Below, one piece after another: positions 39,070-48,478 of a stretch of DNA of 64,000 nt. The DNA comes from a candidate division TA06 bacterium. Lineage in GTDB: Bacteria; Hydrothermota; DG-26; E44-bin18. The position numbers were made by a program, and so were the translations under genes. Where the stretch lies: NCBI GenBank assembly GCA_004376575.1, contig SOJN01000075.1, positions 15,842-79,841 on the forward strand, read 5' to 3'. Each line of letters starts with the position of its first letter. Positions within the stretch are counted from its first letter, which is position 1. Below the pieces are notes generated by a model that searched no databases, was not told the origin of the DNA, and saw only the letters and a list, made by a program, of their open reading frames with translations.

Positions 39070-40047
39070 TTAGTTTTCAATGTTCCTCAAGAATTCAAGC
39101 AGATTACTCATGTCCTCGGGCAGCGGCGAGGAAAACTCCGCGTATTTCCCTGTAGAGGGATGGTTGAATCCGAGAATAGCTGCATGCAGTGCCTGGCGAT
39201 CAATGATTTCCAGTACATCATTTATCTTACTCATGTGTTTCTTGACTATATCCACCAGCGCCGATTTCTTCCTGCCTCCGTAGGTGGCGTCAGCTACAAC
39301 AGGATGTCCGAAGTGCTGGAGATGCACCCTTATCTGATGAGTCCTGCCGGTCAGAAGCTTGAGTTCCATGTAAGTCGCAATACCAAATCTCTCTTTGACA
39401 ACGTAGGTGGTCACAGCCGACCTGGACGAAAGTGGGGTCACTGCCATCTTTCTTCTGTCAAAAGAATGCCTTCCCACAGGGGCCTCGATTGTCCCTGACT
39501 TCTGAGGCATGTCTCCCCAGCACATGGTCAGGTACTTGCGGGTGATGGTCCTCTCTTCCATCTGCCTTCCCAGGTTGGACTTAGCCTTACTCGATCTCGC
39601 AAAAACAAGCAGACCAGTGGTGTCCTTGTCAAGCCTGTGTATCACCCCGGGCCTGAACATGTCTCCGCCTTCCGAAAGAGACTTGCAGTGATAGAGCAAT
39701 GCATTGACGAGAGTCCCGTGTAAGTTTCCTCTTACAGGGTGGACAACAATCCCTGCCTGTTTGTCCACAACAATGACATCATCATCTTCGTAAACCACAT
39801 TTATGGATATATCTTCTGGCTCAACTGCAATCTTCTCAGCTACACCATAGGTGCAGGTGACCTTCTCCCCCCCTTTCAAGAGGTGATGAGCTTTCACTTT
39901 TTTTCCATCGACAAGGACCCGGCCAGCGTCTATCAGCCTCTGAACTTCTGACCTTGAAACACCGACACCTGACTCCACAAGGTACTTGTCGAGTCTTATC
40001 TTCCACTTGTCTCTCCCAACAACCCTATCAAACTCTCTCTCTTTCAT
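39070..40047 (-). CDS. RluA-family 23S rRNA pseudouridine synthase (RluD-like) with S4 domain
   Basis: 'RLDKYL' S4 domain; 'HRLDKDTTGLLVFA' catalytic Asp motif; start placed at 'MKEREF' to avoid a 25-nt overlap with rph. Confidence 0.8.
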   Translation of the reverse strand: MKEREFDRVVGRDKWKIRLDKYLVESGVGVSRSEVQRLIDAGRVLVDGKKVKAHHLLKGGEKVTCTYGVAEKIAVEPEDISINVVYEDDDVIVVDKQAGIVVHPVRGNLHGTLVNALLYHCKSLSEGGDMFRPGVIHRLDKDTTGLLVFARSSKAKSNLGRQMEERTITRKYLTMCWGDMPQKSGTIEAPVGRHSFDRRKMAVTPLSSRSAVTTYVVKERFGIATYMELKLLTGRTHQIRVHLQHFGHPVVADATYGGRKKSALVDIVKKHMSKINDVLEIIDRQALHAAILGFNHPSTGKYAEFSSPLPEDMSNLLEFLRNIEN

Positions 40048-40052
40048 ACACC

Positions 40053-40769
40053 TCAGGCAAGTTCGAACGAAATACAACCCCTCTGTACTTCGATCAATTC
40101 CTCTATCCCACGCTGTGCCACCCTTATCATCTTATCCATCTCATCCATCGCAAACGTATTGCCTTCTGCTGTACACTGGACCTCAACGATCTTGCCATCA
40201 TCAGTCATTACTACATTCATGTCAGCCGATGCGCTGCTGTCCTCCTCATAGTTCAAATCAAGGATAATCTCACCGCCCACAATTCCACAGCTCACCGCGG
40301 CCAGAAAATGGGAAATGGGAAACTTATCGACCATCCCCTGTACAGACATCTTCTGGACAGCATCGTAGAGGGCGACGAATCCACCGGTTATGGCGGCTGT
40401 TCTGGTTCCTCCGTCGGCCTGCACCACATCACAGTCTATGATTATGGTGTGGTCTCCTAACTGGGAGAGGTCTGTCACCGCCCTGAGCGATCTCCCTACG
40501 AGCCTCTGTATCTCATGTGTCCGGCCGGATTCTCTCCACCTGGGGATTCTCTGAATAGAAGACCTGGGAAGCATTCCGTATTCTGCGGTCACCCATCCCT
40601 GTCTACTCCCCTTTAGAAAAGGTGGCACACCGTCTTGAAGCGTTGCCGAGCAGATGAGCCTCGTGTGGCCCAGTTCAATGAGGACAGACCCTTCTACATC
40701 TTTGAGATAGTCTTTGGTCATTTTGACTGACCTTAGCTGGTCTGGTTTTCTTCCATCGGCTCTCTTCAT
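40053..40769 (-). CDS. rph: ribonuclease PH
   Basis: 238 aa; 'RADGRKPDQLR', 'GTRTAAITGG' phosphate-binding motif. Confidence 0.95.
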   Translation of the reverse strand: MKRADGRKPDQLRSVKMTKDYLKDVEGSVLIELGHTRLICSATLQDGVPPFLKGSRQGWVTAEYGMLPRSSIQRIPRWRESGRTHEIQRLVGRSLRAVTDLSQLGDHTIIIDCDVVQADGGTRTAAITGGFVALYDAVQKMSVQGMVDKFPISHFLAAVSCGIVGGEIILDLNYEEDSSASADMNVVMTDDGKIVEVQCTAEGNTFAMDEMDKMIRVAQRGIEELIEVQRGCISFELA

Positions 40770-41044
40770 TCTACCATCTTTCTCATTTTGGAACCGATCT
40801 CTTCAAGACAAGGCGCCCAAATAGAATTCGACGGAACTGATAAAGTTAAGTCTGATAGCCCAAATGTGAGCGCTGCTATCAGACTCCGATCTCCAGAATT
40901 GTCTCTCACTAAAGATAATGATATAACTTACTGCCCTTTTGTCAACCGAAATAGGTCCATGCCATCGTCAGATGGCATGAGGCATATTTCGTCGTGTTTA
41001 GTCTTTGTTAGAGGTCACAAGCGAAGCGCAGTGAGCTCCTTACA

Positions 41045-41245
41045 AAGAGTTAATCCTGAGGAGGCGGAAGCGGACGAAGGGCTTACTCGGATCGAACATC
41101 ACTACCGAGTGCCAGCGAAGGTCGAATTCTAGAAAGAGTTAATCCTGCTTAGTCTCTCTTGCTGAGACGGAGTCGAAGCTTAGAGAGAATTAGTCCTGAG
41201 CGATAGTCGAAGGGAGCGAAGTCTGAAGGACGGAGTCGAAGGATC
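41045..41245. repeat. cluster of short dispersed repeats in the 740-nt ORF-poor region after rph
   Basis: 'AAGAGTTAATCCTG' at 41045 and 41134 (variant GAGAATTAGTCCTGAG at 41184); 'AGTCGAAGG' at 41171, 41205, 41234 and again at 42309. Confidence 0.6.
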
Positions 41246-41363
41246 TGCTTTTGACAAACCGCGTCAAGCGCACTCGGAAATTCCGCGCGCGCCTTCTCCC
41301 CCCACCTTCGAAATTACGAAATCAAAACTATCCGCATGGATTGGGGGAGCTCGTGAAACGAGC

Positions 41364-41407
41364 GGCCGTCAAACGGCCCGGGCGGGCAGGCACGCACTTT
41401 TGCAGAA
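41364..41407. repeat. left flank repeat of the OMP gene (GGCCGTCAAACGGCCCGGGCGGGCAGGC + CAGGCACGCACTTTTGC)
   Basis: First half is an inverted copy of 42275..42298; second half is a direct copy of 42225..42243. Confidence 0.6.
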
Positions 41408-41509
41408 TTCGCAACTACAAACTGGGAATTGATCGATTGTCAGCCGTCTGCCGTCAGCAAAACGCAACACTGCAGTGCCTGTCCCCGTGCTGCACGTGCT
41501 GCACAACTC

Positions 41510-42127
41510 TCAGAAGCGATAACCCAGGGCTACGGCCAGACCAACGAAGAACCCTGAACCACTCAGCTCCTCTCCCTGACTACCTTCCCCTTCAAGAAGC
41601 AAGGAGCCGGCTATAATACCGCCCTGAATCGCAAACTCGTTCATTCTTATATCCACCCCAGCTCCAAAATGAAAGGCCAGAGCTGTGGTGGACCCATCTC
41701 CGTCGTATCTCTCATAGATACTGCCATCCATCTGGTAGGAGGTTTCTTCCCACTCCCAACTGACAAAGAGGAAATCCATTCCAACACTGCCGTACGGGGA
41801 AAAGCCGTATTGTGCCGGCAGGAAGTAGTACCGCGTACCTACACCCAGCCCGGGTCCAATCCCACTCTCCGTGTACTCTGTTCTGTAGACATCTATGTAT
41901 CCCTCTACCTCCTCCTCCTCCTCACTATACTTTATGAGATCGGCTCGCACAAACAGGTACCCCTGAGGAACGAGTTCGTGCTCGTACTCCAGGTAGGATA
42001 GTCCACCGAGCACCAGCCCCATTGGGTTCAGGAACACACCTTTCTGTAAATTCTGACCACACGCGGTAAACGGAATGAAAACAAGGGCAAGCCCAAGGAG
42101 CACGAAGACTGCTATGGCATGCCGCAT
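41510..42127 (-). CDS. outer-membrane beta-barrel protein (OmpW/OmpA-barrel-like), function unknown
   Basis: 205 aa; signal peptide 'MRHAIAVFVLLGLALVFIPFTACGQ'; Gly/aromatic-rich alternating strands; C-terminal 'LGYRF'. Confidence 0.55.
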   Translation of the reverse strand: MRHAIAVFVLLGLALVFIPFTACGQNLQKGVFLNPMGLVLGGLSYLEYEHELVPQGYLFVRADLIKYSEEEEEVEGYIDVYRTEYTESGIGPGLGVGTRYYFLPAQYGFSPYGSVGMDFLFVSWEWEETSYQMDGSIYERYDGDGSTTALAFHFGAGVDIRMNEFAIQGGIIAGSLLLEGEGSQGEELSGSGFFVGLAVALGYRF

Positions 42128-42224
42128 CTACCTCCTCCTTTCGTAATTCAGGTTTCCACAATATGGCGCCCCAACATCTTATGCATAGGAAGGAAATGAT
42201 GTCAACCCAAAAAGGCGGCTGGGA

Positions 42225-42298
42225 CAGGCACGCACTTCTGCGCTTTTGACTGTGAATTTCTGTAGGGGCGTATTGCCTGCCCGGGCCGTTTCACGGCC
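42225..42298. repeat. right flank repeat of the OMP gene (CAGGCACGCACTTCTGCGC ... GCCTGCCCGGGCCGTTTCACGGCC)
   Basis: Homologous to 41364..41407 in direct and inverted orientation; followed by 'TCCTGAG...AGTCGAAGGGA', also seen at 41195..41215. Confidence 0.6.
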
Positions 42299-42457
42299 TC
42301 CTGAGAAGAGTCGAAGGGAAATACGCTCAAAAAACCTCCCCCTCTCCCTTGAGGTAGGGGCAGGGTCTCCCTGCCCTCAGTATGGGCGTTAAGTGAGCTT
42401 GCCCTGAGCCTGCCGAAGGGCGAACCGCCCTACAAATTTCTCAGTTTCCTAATTTCT

Positions 42458-42967
42458 CTATTGCAGTCGTCCTTTGTAGTAAAGGTTGGGGATGAAGACA
42501 AATCTGCGGCGGAGAGGAGGCTCATCAACTTCTGCCGCGCCCCACTGGGCGAACAGGTAGCTTGAATCAATCTCTAACCCCAGGGAATGTTTCTCGACCA
42601 TTCTCCAATCGATACCTACTGGAAAGCAGAGAGCCATCAGATTACCAGTACCTTTATCAGAAAACGACAGCGCACTCCACAACCCCATTCCCACGTAGGG
42701 AGTGGTTCCAGAGGACCTTAGATATCTTTTGGCTGACAACGACAGGCAGATATCGTGAAAGAGCCATGTGCCAATGCTCAATCCTATCGAGTTGTTTCCA
42801 GAATGATATTCAAAATCCAATCCAACAGCGTGAGTACCCCCAAGTGAAATCCCCAATCTTGTGCTATTTTTGTCTTCGGCTCCGACCAGAGGGACCACAC
42901 AGATCAGAGCAATAAACACTACTGCCGTTTTGCCTGCAATTGCCTTACGTCTTAGTCTTGCACACAT
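42458..42967 (-). CDS. small outer-membrane beta-barrel-like protein, function unknown
   Basis: Start taken at 'MCARLRRKAIAGKTAVVFIALICVVPLVGA' (signal peptide); Gly/Ser-rich alternating pattern. Confidence 0.4.
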   Translation of the reverse strand: MCARLRRKAIAGKTAVVFIALICVVPLVGAEDKNSTRLGISLGGTHAVGLDFEYHSGNNSIGLSIGTWLFHDICLSLSAKRYLRSSGTTPYVGMGLWSALSFSDKGTGNLMALCFPVGIDWRMVEKHSLGLEIDSSYLFAQWGAAEVDEPPLRRRFVFIPNLYYKGRLQ

Positions 42968-42991
42968 AGCACCAAATCCCTTCACCTGGCA

Positions 42992-43879
42992 TTACCTGAA
43001 GCTATACGTCAACCCCAGCGATAGTGTCTGCATAAACTGCGCCCCCAAATCCATTTCTTTATCGTAGAAAAGCTGCGTGTAAAGATTGACCATAATATGT
43101 TCTGTGACCTTCCCCGAAAGTATATTTTCCCAGTTGACGTCCGGGGCCTTCCAGTAATCTTCGTTGGGCAGTCCTTTCAGTTCTTCCGCTTTTGAGTAGA
43201 AAAACGCCTGGAAGACGGTAATTCTGTTGATCAAGACGATTCTATCATTTCCCAGAGGCGTCGTGAATTCGTTCACAAACTCGAGTCCCCCGTCATTCGC
43301 AGTCAGGTTCTCTCGCTTATTGGCCACTGGGCTCACCAATACATCACGATCAAGGTATTGTCTAAAACCAGCACCAAGACGGGCTGTCCACTCACGGCCC
43401 CCGTCTTTGATCAGAACCTTTGCAAGCCCAAAGCTTTCCGTGAAAGTCATAGGGTTCACATACCGGTCCTTCTCTGGGTCGCTGTTGTCAAGGAAGAAGC
43501 TTTCAATTTTGCCTCCAGCAAAGGGATCCACAAACAGTCCGAATGTGAACCGAAATATGGATTCAAGTTTTATGATATCAGTCGATTTCACCGGCTTTTC
43601 CCAGACCTTACTCTCTTTCCTCTGGCTGTAGGATTGGCCGAACGCCAATTCCAGGGTGTTTCTGTTGTGAATCTTCTGGTGGAGCTGTTTTTCGGCAAGA
43701 CATGTGAGGTTAGATGTCCAGGACACAGAACCCGTCTCCCCACCTGTCCAGTTGTTGCTAACAGCATTTTGAGTCACCATAAGATTCGCATCGGCACCCA
43801 AAGACCATCTCTCCCCAAATGCTGCTATGGCCATTCCAATTATCAGCATCACTGAGGCCAGGATAAGTAGCGCCCTCAT
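42992..43879 (-). CDS. outer-membrane protein, DUF3078-like, function unknown
   Basis: Start taken at 'MRALLILASVMLIIGMAIAAFG' (signal peptide); beta-rich; C-terminal 'LSLGLTYSFR' aromatic end; the upstream ORF extension contains the regulatory repeats. Confidence 0.4.
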   Translation of the reverse strand: MRALLILASVMLIIGMAIAAFGERWSLGADANLMVTQNAVSNNWTGGETGSVSWTSNLTCLAEKQLHQKIHNRNTLELAFGQSYSQRKESKVWEKPVKSTDIIKLESIFRFTFGLFVDPFAGGKIESFFLDNSDPEKDRYVNPMTFTESFGLAKVLIKDGGREWTARLGAGFRQYLDRDVLVSPVANKRENLTANDGGLEFVNEFTTPLGNDRIVLINRITVFQAFFYSKAEELKGLPNEDYWKAPDVNWENILSGKVTEHIMVNLYTQLFYDKEMDLGAQFMQTLSLGLTYSFR

Positions 43880-43927
43880 AACATACTCCTTTCTTCTGGC
43901 AGGCAGATGACAACTTCTCCATGTTCT

Positions 43928-44068
43928 GGGGACGGTGCCCTCCGAATGCTCGAAGGACAGGCTTGACATTTGACATTTTGCCCTCTTAGCGTTCATGTCG
44001 AACCTTGTTTCTCGTTATATTTGAAACACTTACGGGCCCTGCTTGGGGACGGTGCTTGACATTTGACA
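43928..44068 (-). promoter_or_regulatory. two direct repeats of GGGGACGGTGC...CTTGACATTTGACA (minus strand: TGTCAAATGTCAAG...CACCGTCCCC), about 93 nt apart
   Basis: Copies at 43928-43975 and 44045-44068, with a third partial 'TGACATTTGGC' at ~44118; lie 50-190 nt upstream of the DUF3078-like gene. Confidence 0.45.
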
Positions 44069-44241
44069 AAATCCATGTGAGAAGCAGATTCTTCGGCGCC
44101 CTGAACGCCGCCTCAGAATGACATTTGGCTGGGCGCTTAACGTGTCGTCTCGTCTGCGGACACGCTTGGGCTTTTCCCCTGATCACCACGATCTGCAAGT
44201 CCGCGGAAGGGCGGGTTTTTCGTAATCAGCAATTCGTAATT

Positions 44242-44922
44242 TCATTTCCAGTGCCGGTTTTTCGGGATCTGGGGAATCAGCCACGCAAGAAAAGCATCGG
44301 CGCTTCTTGACTGTATCATGATCTTGCCCGGGCCGGTCAACTCGCACACGAGCCCCTCGCCGCTGAACAACGTTGACTTCAGTCCACCGACTCTCTTCAC
44401 GTTGTATGCCACACCCTCAGTCCAAGCAACCATGTGCCCCGTATCCACCACATATTTCTGTCCGGCACTGAGCTCAATCTCGTGGATTGCTCCGTAACTC
44501 GATAGGAAAACCTTTCCTGTCCCGCTTATCTTCAGAAGAAACAGGCCTTCTCGAGAAAAGAACGTCCTTGCGCCTCCCCACTTCGTGTCGATTCGAATCT
44601 CCGGCGATGATGCGATATAGGCCCCAGACTGCGCATATATGGTCTCGCCTCTCAGTTCAATGCTGAGAACATCACCGGGCAGAGTAGGAGCCAGAGTCAT
44701 TTCTCCTCCCTCGTCGGCTGTGAAAGTGTTGAGAAAAAAACTTTCTCCTCCGAGCACGCTCCTCTTAAGAGCGCCGAATAGGCCTCCCTTCGCAGTGGTC
44801 TGGAGGGCGACTCCACTGGACATACTCACCATCGCTCCTGCCTCAGCAGAAATTGCTTCCCCCTTTTCAAGCTTTACTCTCAGTAAGGCGTAAGCTGACC
44901 GATAAAGCACTTCATGCTCCAT
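44242..44922 (-). CDS. TIGR00266/AIM24-family protein
   Basis: 226 aa; 'GEAISAEAGAMVSM...GGESFFLNTFTA..GEMTLAP..PGDVLSIEL' family pattern. Confidence 0.7.
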   Translation of the reverse strand: MEHEVLYRSAYALLRVKLEKGEAISAEAGAMVSMSSGVALQTTAKGGLFGALKRSVLGGESFFLNTFTADEGGEMTLAPTLPGDVLSIELRGETIYAQSGAYIASSPEIRIDTKWGGARTFFSREGLFLLKISGTGKVFLSSYGAIHEIELSAGQKYVVDTGHMVAWTEGVAYNVKRVGGLKSTLFSGEGLVCELTGPGKIMIQSRSADAFLAWLIPQIPKNRHWK

Positions 44923-46616
44923 CGTAAATCCCCCTTTCTTAAGTCCAGCTGCGCTCCGGGTAAACTCTTCAGTTTCTCCTTCAGTTCCTTGTTCTCAATG
45001 TCAAGTTCCAGAGCACGCTCATACTGCTTCCTCGCGTCCTCAAATCTGCCCATGTCTTTGTAGACATCCCCCAGATGCTCGTATATAACCATCTCCTGCA
45101 CGTTCTGGGCGGCCTTCTCCAGCTCAGCCGCTGCATCATCAAGCTTACCCAGCCTGTAATAGGCCCAGCCCAGGCTATCTCGGAAGTACCCGTTCTCTGG
45201 TTCAAGCTCAAGAGCCTTTTCTATAAGCAGAACGGCCTCCCCCAGATTCCTCCCCTGGTCTGCATAGATATACCCTATGTAATTGTATGCGGAAGCGTCT
45301 TCGGGGTTGTACTTAACAGCATTCCTGAAAGAGGTGATTGCGCTCTCATATTTCTCTGCTCTGTCATATAGGAGACCAAGGCTGTGCCAGATGTTCCCGT
45401 CAGTGGAGTCGATATCCAGGACTCTCAGGTATGCTCTTTCCGCCTTTCCATCTTGTCCCATCCCCCCATATATGAGGCCGAGCAACTCGTAGGCGATCTT
45501 GTCATCTCGCCTTTTTCTCACATGACTTTTTAGAACCTTTTGTGCTCCTCGATAGTCACCCTTTTCTATAAGGAGGTAGGCTTTGTATGTCTGAGCACCC
45601 GGGAATTCCGCATCCAGCGAGAGGACAATGTCTATTTCTGAGAGAGCCCGCAGCAGTATCCCTTTCTCCAGATATGCCCGGGAAACATAAAAATGAGAGA
45701 GGGCATCCCTTGGATCCAGTCCAAGAGCCATCAAGAATTGCTCAATCGACCTGTCATACTTCTCGCGGTGGTAGTAAACCAATCCCAGATTCCTGTGCGA
45801 CCTCAGGTCAAGTGGATTCATGGAAACGACCTCCTCCAGTAACCTTTCGGCACCGTCGTAGTCCTCCAGCCTCAGTTTCATGTTACCCAAACGCGACTTG
45901 AGCGCCCCATTTAAGGGGTCAAGCCTGAGAGCTTTCTCGTACATTTCGGCTGCGCCCCCATAGTCATCCAGGTGCTCCTTCACCACTCCCAGGCCTATGT
46001 ACCCATCGAAGTACGTGGAGTCAATCGCCAGCGCCTTCCTGTACTGCTCTTCCGCCTGCTCGAAGCGCCCGACCCTCCCATAAAAGCCGCCCAAATCGCC
46101 CAGGGTCAGAGGCGAGTACGGCTCAAGCTCCACCGCCATCTTAAACTCTTTCTCAGCCAAGGATTTCTGGTCGAGCATATCATGGATTCTTGCCAGCGAC
46201 CTCCATAGGCTCGCATCCGTGGAGTCCTTTTTTGTTGCCTTCTCAAATGCCTTTGCGCCCTTTTTGGGTTTGTTGACTCTTACGTAGGCCTCCCCAAGAA
46301 GGGTCAATGTCTTCAGACTGGAATCACCGTACTCCAGTGCAGACTCCCCATAGACAACTGCCTTGTCGTACTTCCGCTGGCCGTAATAGACTGCAAGGAG
46401 GGCGGCATGGATTTCCGGCGCTGTCCGGTCGTAGGCCAGGGCAGCCTCATACTCACTGATGGCCTTGTCGATCTCTCCCCTTGATTCATAGAGGGCAGCC
46501 ATAGAATAGTGCGTTGCACTCGCTGCCCTCGTACGCACATCAGGCCTTGAAGCCGCGCATCCAGAACCAAAAAAGAGAAGCAATATCAAGCACGACTTGA
46601 CCAGAGCTTCTTTCAC
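44880..46616 (-). CDS. tetratricopeptide-repeat lipoprotein
   Basis: 578 aa; lipobox 'LLLFFGSGC'; at least 12 TPR units (W-LG-Y...A...F..A..P periodicity). Confidence 0.8.
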   Translation of the reverse strand: MKEALVKSCLILLLFFGSGCAASRPDVRTRAASATHYSMAALYESRGEIDKAISEYEAALAYDRTAPEIHAALLAVYYGQRKYDKAVVYGESALEYGDSSLKTLTLLGEAYVRVNKPKKGAKAFEKATKKDSTDASLWRSLARIHDMLDQKSLAEKEFKMAVELEPYSPLTLGDLGGFYGRVGRFEQAEEQYRKALAIDSTYFDGYIGLGVVKEHLDDYGGAAEMYEKALRLDPLNGALKSRLGNMKLRLEDYDGAERLLEEVVSMNPLDLRSHRNLGLVYYHREKYDRSIEQFLMALGLDPRDALSHFYVSRAYLEKGILLRALSEIDIVLSLDAEFPGAQTYKAYLLIEKGDYRGAQKVLKSHVRKRRDDKIAYELLGLIYGGMGQDGKAERAYLRVLDIDSTDGNIWHSLGLLYDRAEKYESAITSFRNAVKYNPEDASAYNYIGYIYADQGRNLGEAVLLIEKALELEPENGYFRDSLGWAYYRLGKLDDAAAELEKAAQNVQEMVIYEHLGDVYKDMGRFEDARKQYERALELDIENKELKEKLKSLPGAQLDLRKGDLRWSMKCFIGQLTPY

Positions 46617-46704
46617 GCAGAACCTCTATCAGAACACTTGAGATTTTCTAACATTTTGTGAGAATCCGGGGAGTCTTAGAAGTCAGGGCCTTCCTGGCCA
46701 GCAA

Positions 46705-47196
46705 CTACGTTATCTTGTACTTCCCAAAGTCTTCGGGGTTAAGGTTCGCCAGAAACTTCTTCAATGCCTTTGCTCGAGTCTCATCGTCGATCTCCATGGA
46801 AGTGCCACTTGACGAGAGTACATTCTGAGACACGAATATGGGAACCTGAACCCTGAGCGCAAGAGCAATAGAATCGCTTGGCCTTGCATCCACATTTATT
46901 ATGGATTTTCCCCTCTCCAGGTAGATTTTCGCGTAGAAGGTATTGTTCTTTAGCTCATTGATCAGAATTCTGGAGACCTTGGCCTTCAGACCTTCGATGA
47001 CGGCTCTGATCAGGTCATGGGTCAAAGGCCTCTCCACTTTGATACCCTCAAGCGCTATCGCTATCGCGCTAGCTTCCGCGTGTCCAATCCAAATAGGAAG
47101 GACCCGCTCGCCATCAGCCTCTTTGAGCAGCACAACCGGACTGTCAGAATCCTTGTCCAGTCCCAAACCGGAAACCTTCATTTCAATCAATGTCAC
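46705..47196 (-). CDS. bifunctional nuclease (BFN/DUF151) family protein
   Basis: 163 aa; 'VVLLKE..GERVLPIWIG..EA.AIA..LEG...RPLTHDL' BFN-domain pattern. Confidence 0.65.
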   Translation of the reverse strand: MTLIEMKVSGLGLDKDSDSPVVLLKEADGERVLPIWIGHAEASAIAIALEGIKVERPLTHDLIRAVIEGLKAKVSRILINELKNNTFYAKIYLERGKSIINVDARPSDSIALALRVQVPIFVSQNVLSSSGTSMEIDDETRAKALKKFLANLNPEDFGKYKIT

Positions 47197-47215
47197 TAAT
47201 CAAAACCTCCCCTGA

Positions 47216-47920
47216 CTAGGAAAAAGGGTTCCCCAGGAAAACCCTGAACAGCACACCAACCGCGACAGCAAGAATGAGGCTCAAAGGCAACTCCCAGTAG
47301 CTTATCTCCCCTGGCGTGTACCTCTTCAAGAAGGCTCTGGGAAGTAGACAGAAGGGGATCGCAATATACAATAGCCCACCAATCATCGCCAATGTCGTAA
47401 TTGCGATTCTCTCACCAAATTCAATAAGGCGCAGCGAAGGCCTGGGCAAAACAAGACTCTTTCCAGGCTGGCTGGCCTTTATCGATGAGACGAGAAAGAG
47501 AGCGAAGTACGTGGTTATAAGATAAGTACAGGCCAGCTGGAAGAACCTATCGCTCCCATACAGTGGGACTCGTGCGCCCAGAATACGCCCATCAATAAGA
47601 AGAGAAGCAGCCCAGATCGACGCAACATGAAAAACCTGGTCACCCACAAATACCAACCAGCGAGCCCTGACGGCTCTGGTGTTAAGAGCTATCTTTCCCT
47701 TATCAAAAAGAATGTGAAAGAGCCATAGAACAAGGAGAACGATCCACGTTCTTGGAAATCTGAGGTAGGGCCACAAAACAGCGAATCCGAGAATACCCGC
47801 CAGGCTTCCATGATACGCGACTCCCCAACGGTGTGTGGTTTTCTCCCGGAAAATCCAGCCCGTCTGAAGGGGAAAGTCTGACACCAGATGTGCTAGCAAC
47901 AACCGCCAGAACAGAAACAT
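47216..47920 (-). CDS. DUF3307-like polytopic membrane protein
   Basis: 234 aa; N-terminal 'LLAHLVSDFPLQT' motif (H..DF.LQ) and multiple TM helices. Confidence 0.45.
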   Translation of the reverse strand: MFLFWRLLLAHLVSDFPLQTGWIFREKTTHRWGVAYHGSLAGILGFAVLWPYLRFPRTWIVLLVLWLFHILFDKGKIALNTRAVRARWLVFVGDQVFHVASIWAASLLIDGRILGARVPLYGSDRFFQLACTYLITTYFALFLVSSIKASQPGKSLVLPRPSLRLIEFGERIAITTLAMIGGLLYIAIPFCLLPRAFLKRYTPGEISYWELPLSLILAVAVGVLFRVFLGNPFS

Positions 47921-48005
47921 TAACCATCCTTGTATGTCCTACCCCTTGAAACATTCATGATACGATTTTGTCCGCACCAAGTCAAGTTGAACTCCTGAGA
48001 TTACG

Positions 48006-48449
48006 TTATTTCCGGACGACCCAGAGCTTGATTTTGGCATCTACCTCCGGATGAACCTTAACCCCAACCGTGTACACCCCAAGCCTCCTGATCGGCTCCT
48101 CCAGCAATATCTCCCTCTTGTCAGTCTCAAACCCTTCTTTTGCTAAGAGCTCCGCTACGTCTCTGCTGGTTACTGAACCAAAAAGCTTGTCATCCTCGCC
48201 AGCTTGCACTACTGCAGTCAAAGACACTCTCTCCAGTCGGGAAGCGATGATTTCAGCCTCTCTCTTCTCCCTGCTCATCCTCACCTTTTCTACAACCTTC
48301 AGGTTTTGATATGCCTTTCTGTTCCCAGGAGTATCCAAGAGGGCAAGTTTCCTGGGGATCAGGTAGTTTCTGCCATACCCTTTGGCCACTTTGACGGTTT
48401 CTCCCTTTTTCCCCAGCCTTTCAACGTTTTCCAGTAGAATGACCTGCAT
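48006..48449 (-). CDS. rplI: 50S ribosomal protein L9
   Basis: 147 aa; 'MQVILLENVERLGKKGETVKVAKGYGRNYLIP'. Confidence 0.9.
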   Translation of the reverse strand: MQVILLENVERLGKKGETVKVAKGYGRNYLIPRKLALLDTPGNRKAYQNLKVVEKVRMSREKREAEIIASRLERVSLTAVVQAGEDDKLFGSVTSRDVAELLAKEGFETDKREILLEEPIRRLGVYTVGVKVHPEVDAKIKLWVVRK

Positions 48450-48478
48450 TTCTCTCCTCTGCGGACCTGGTAGGTTTT

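Noticed and set aside
40788-41132. 114-aa plus-strand ORF in the post-rph repeat region
   Set aside because: Lies in repeat-rich DNA, has no hydrophobic core or motifs, and is on the opposite strand to every other gene; more likely non-coding
43880-43996. N-terminal extension of the DUF3078-like ORF (MNAKRAKCQMSSLSF...)
   Set aside because: A signal peptide begins at the internal Met (43879); the extension contains the TTGACATTTGACA repeat and looks regulatory rather than coding
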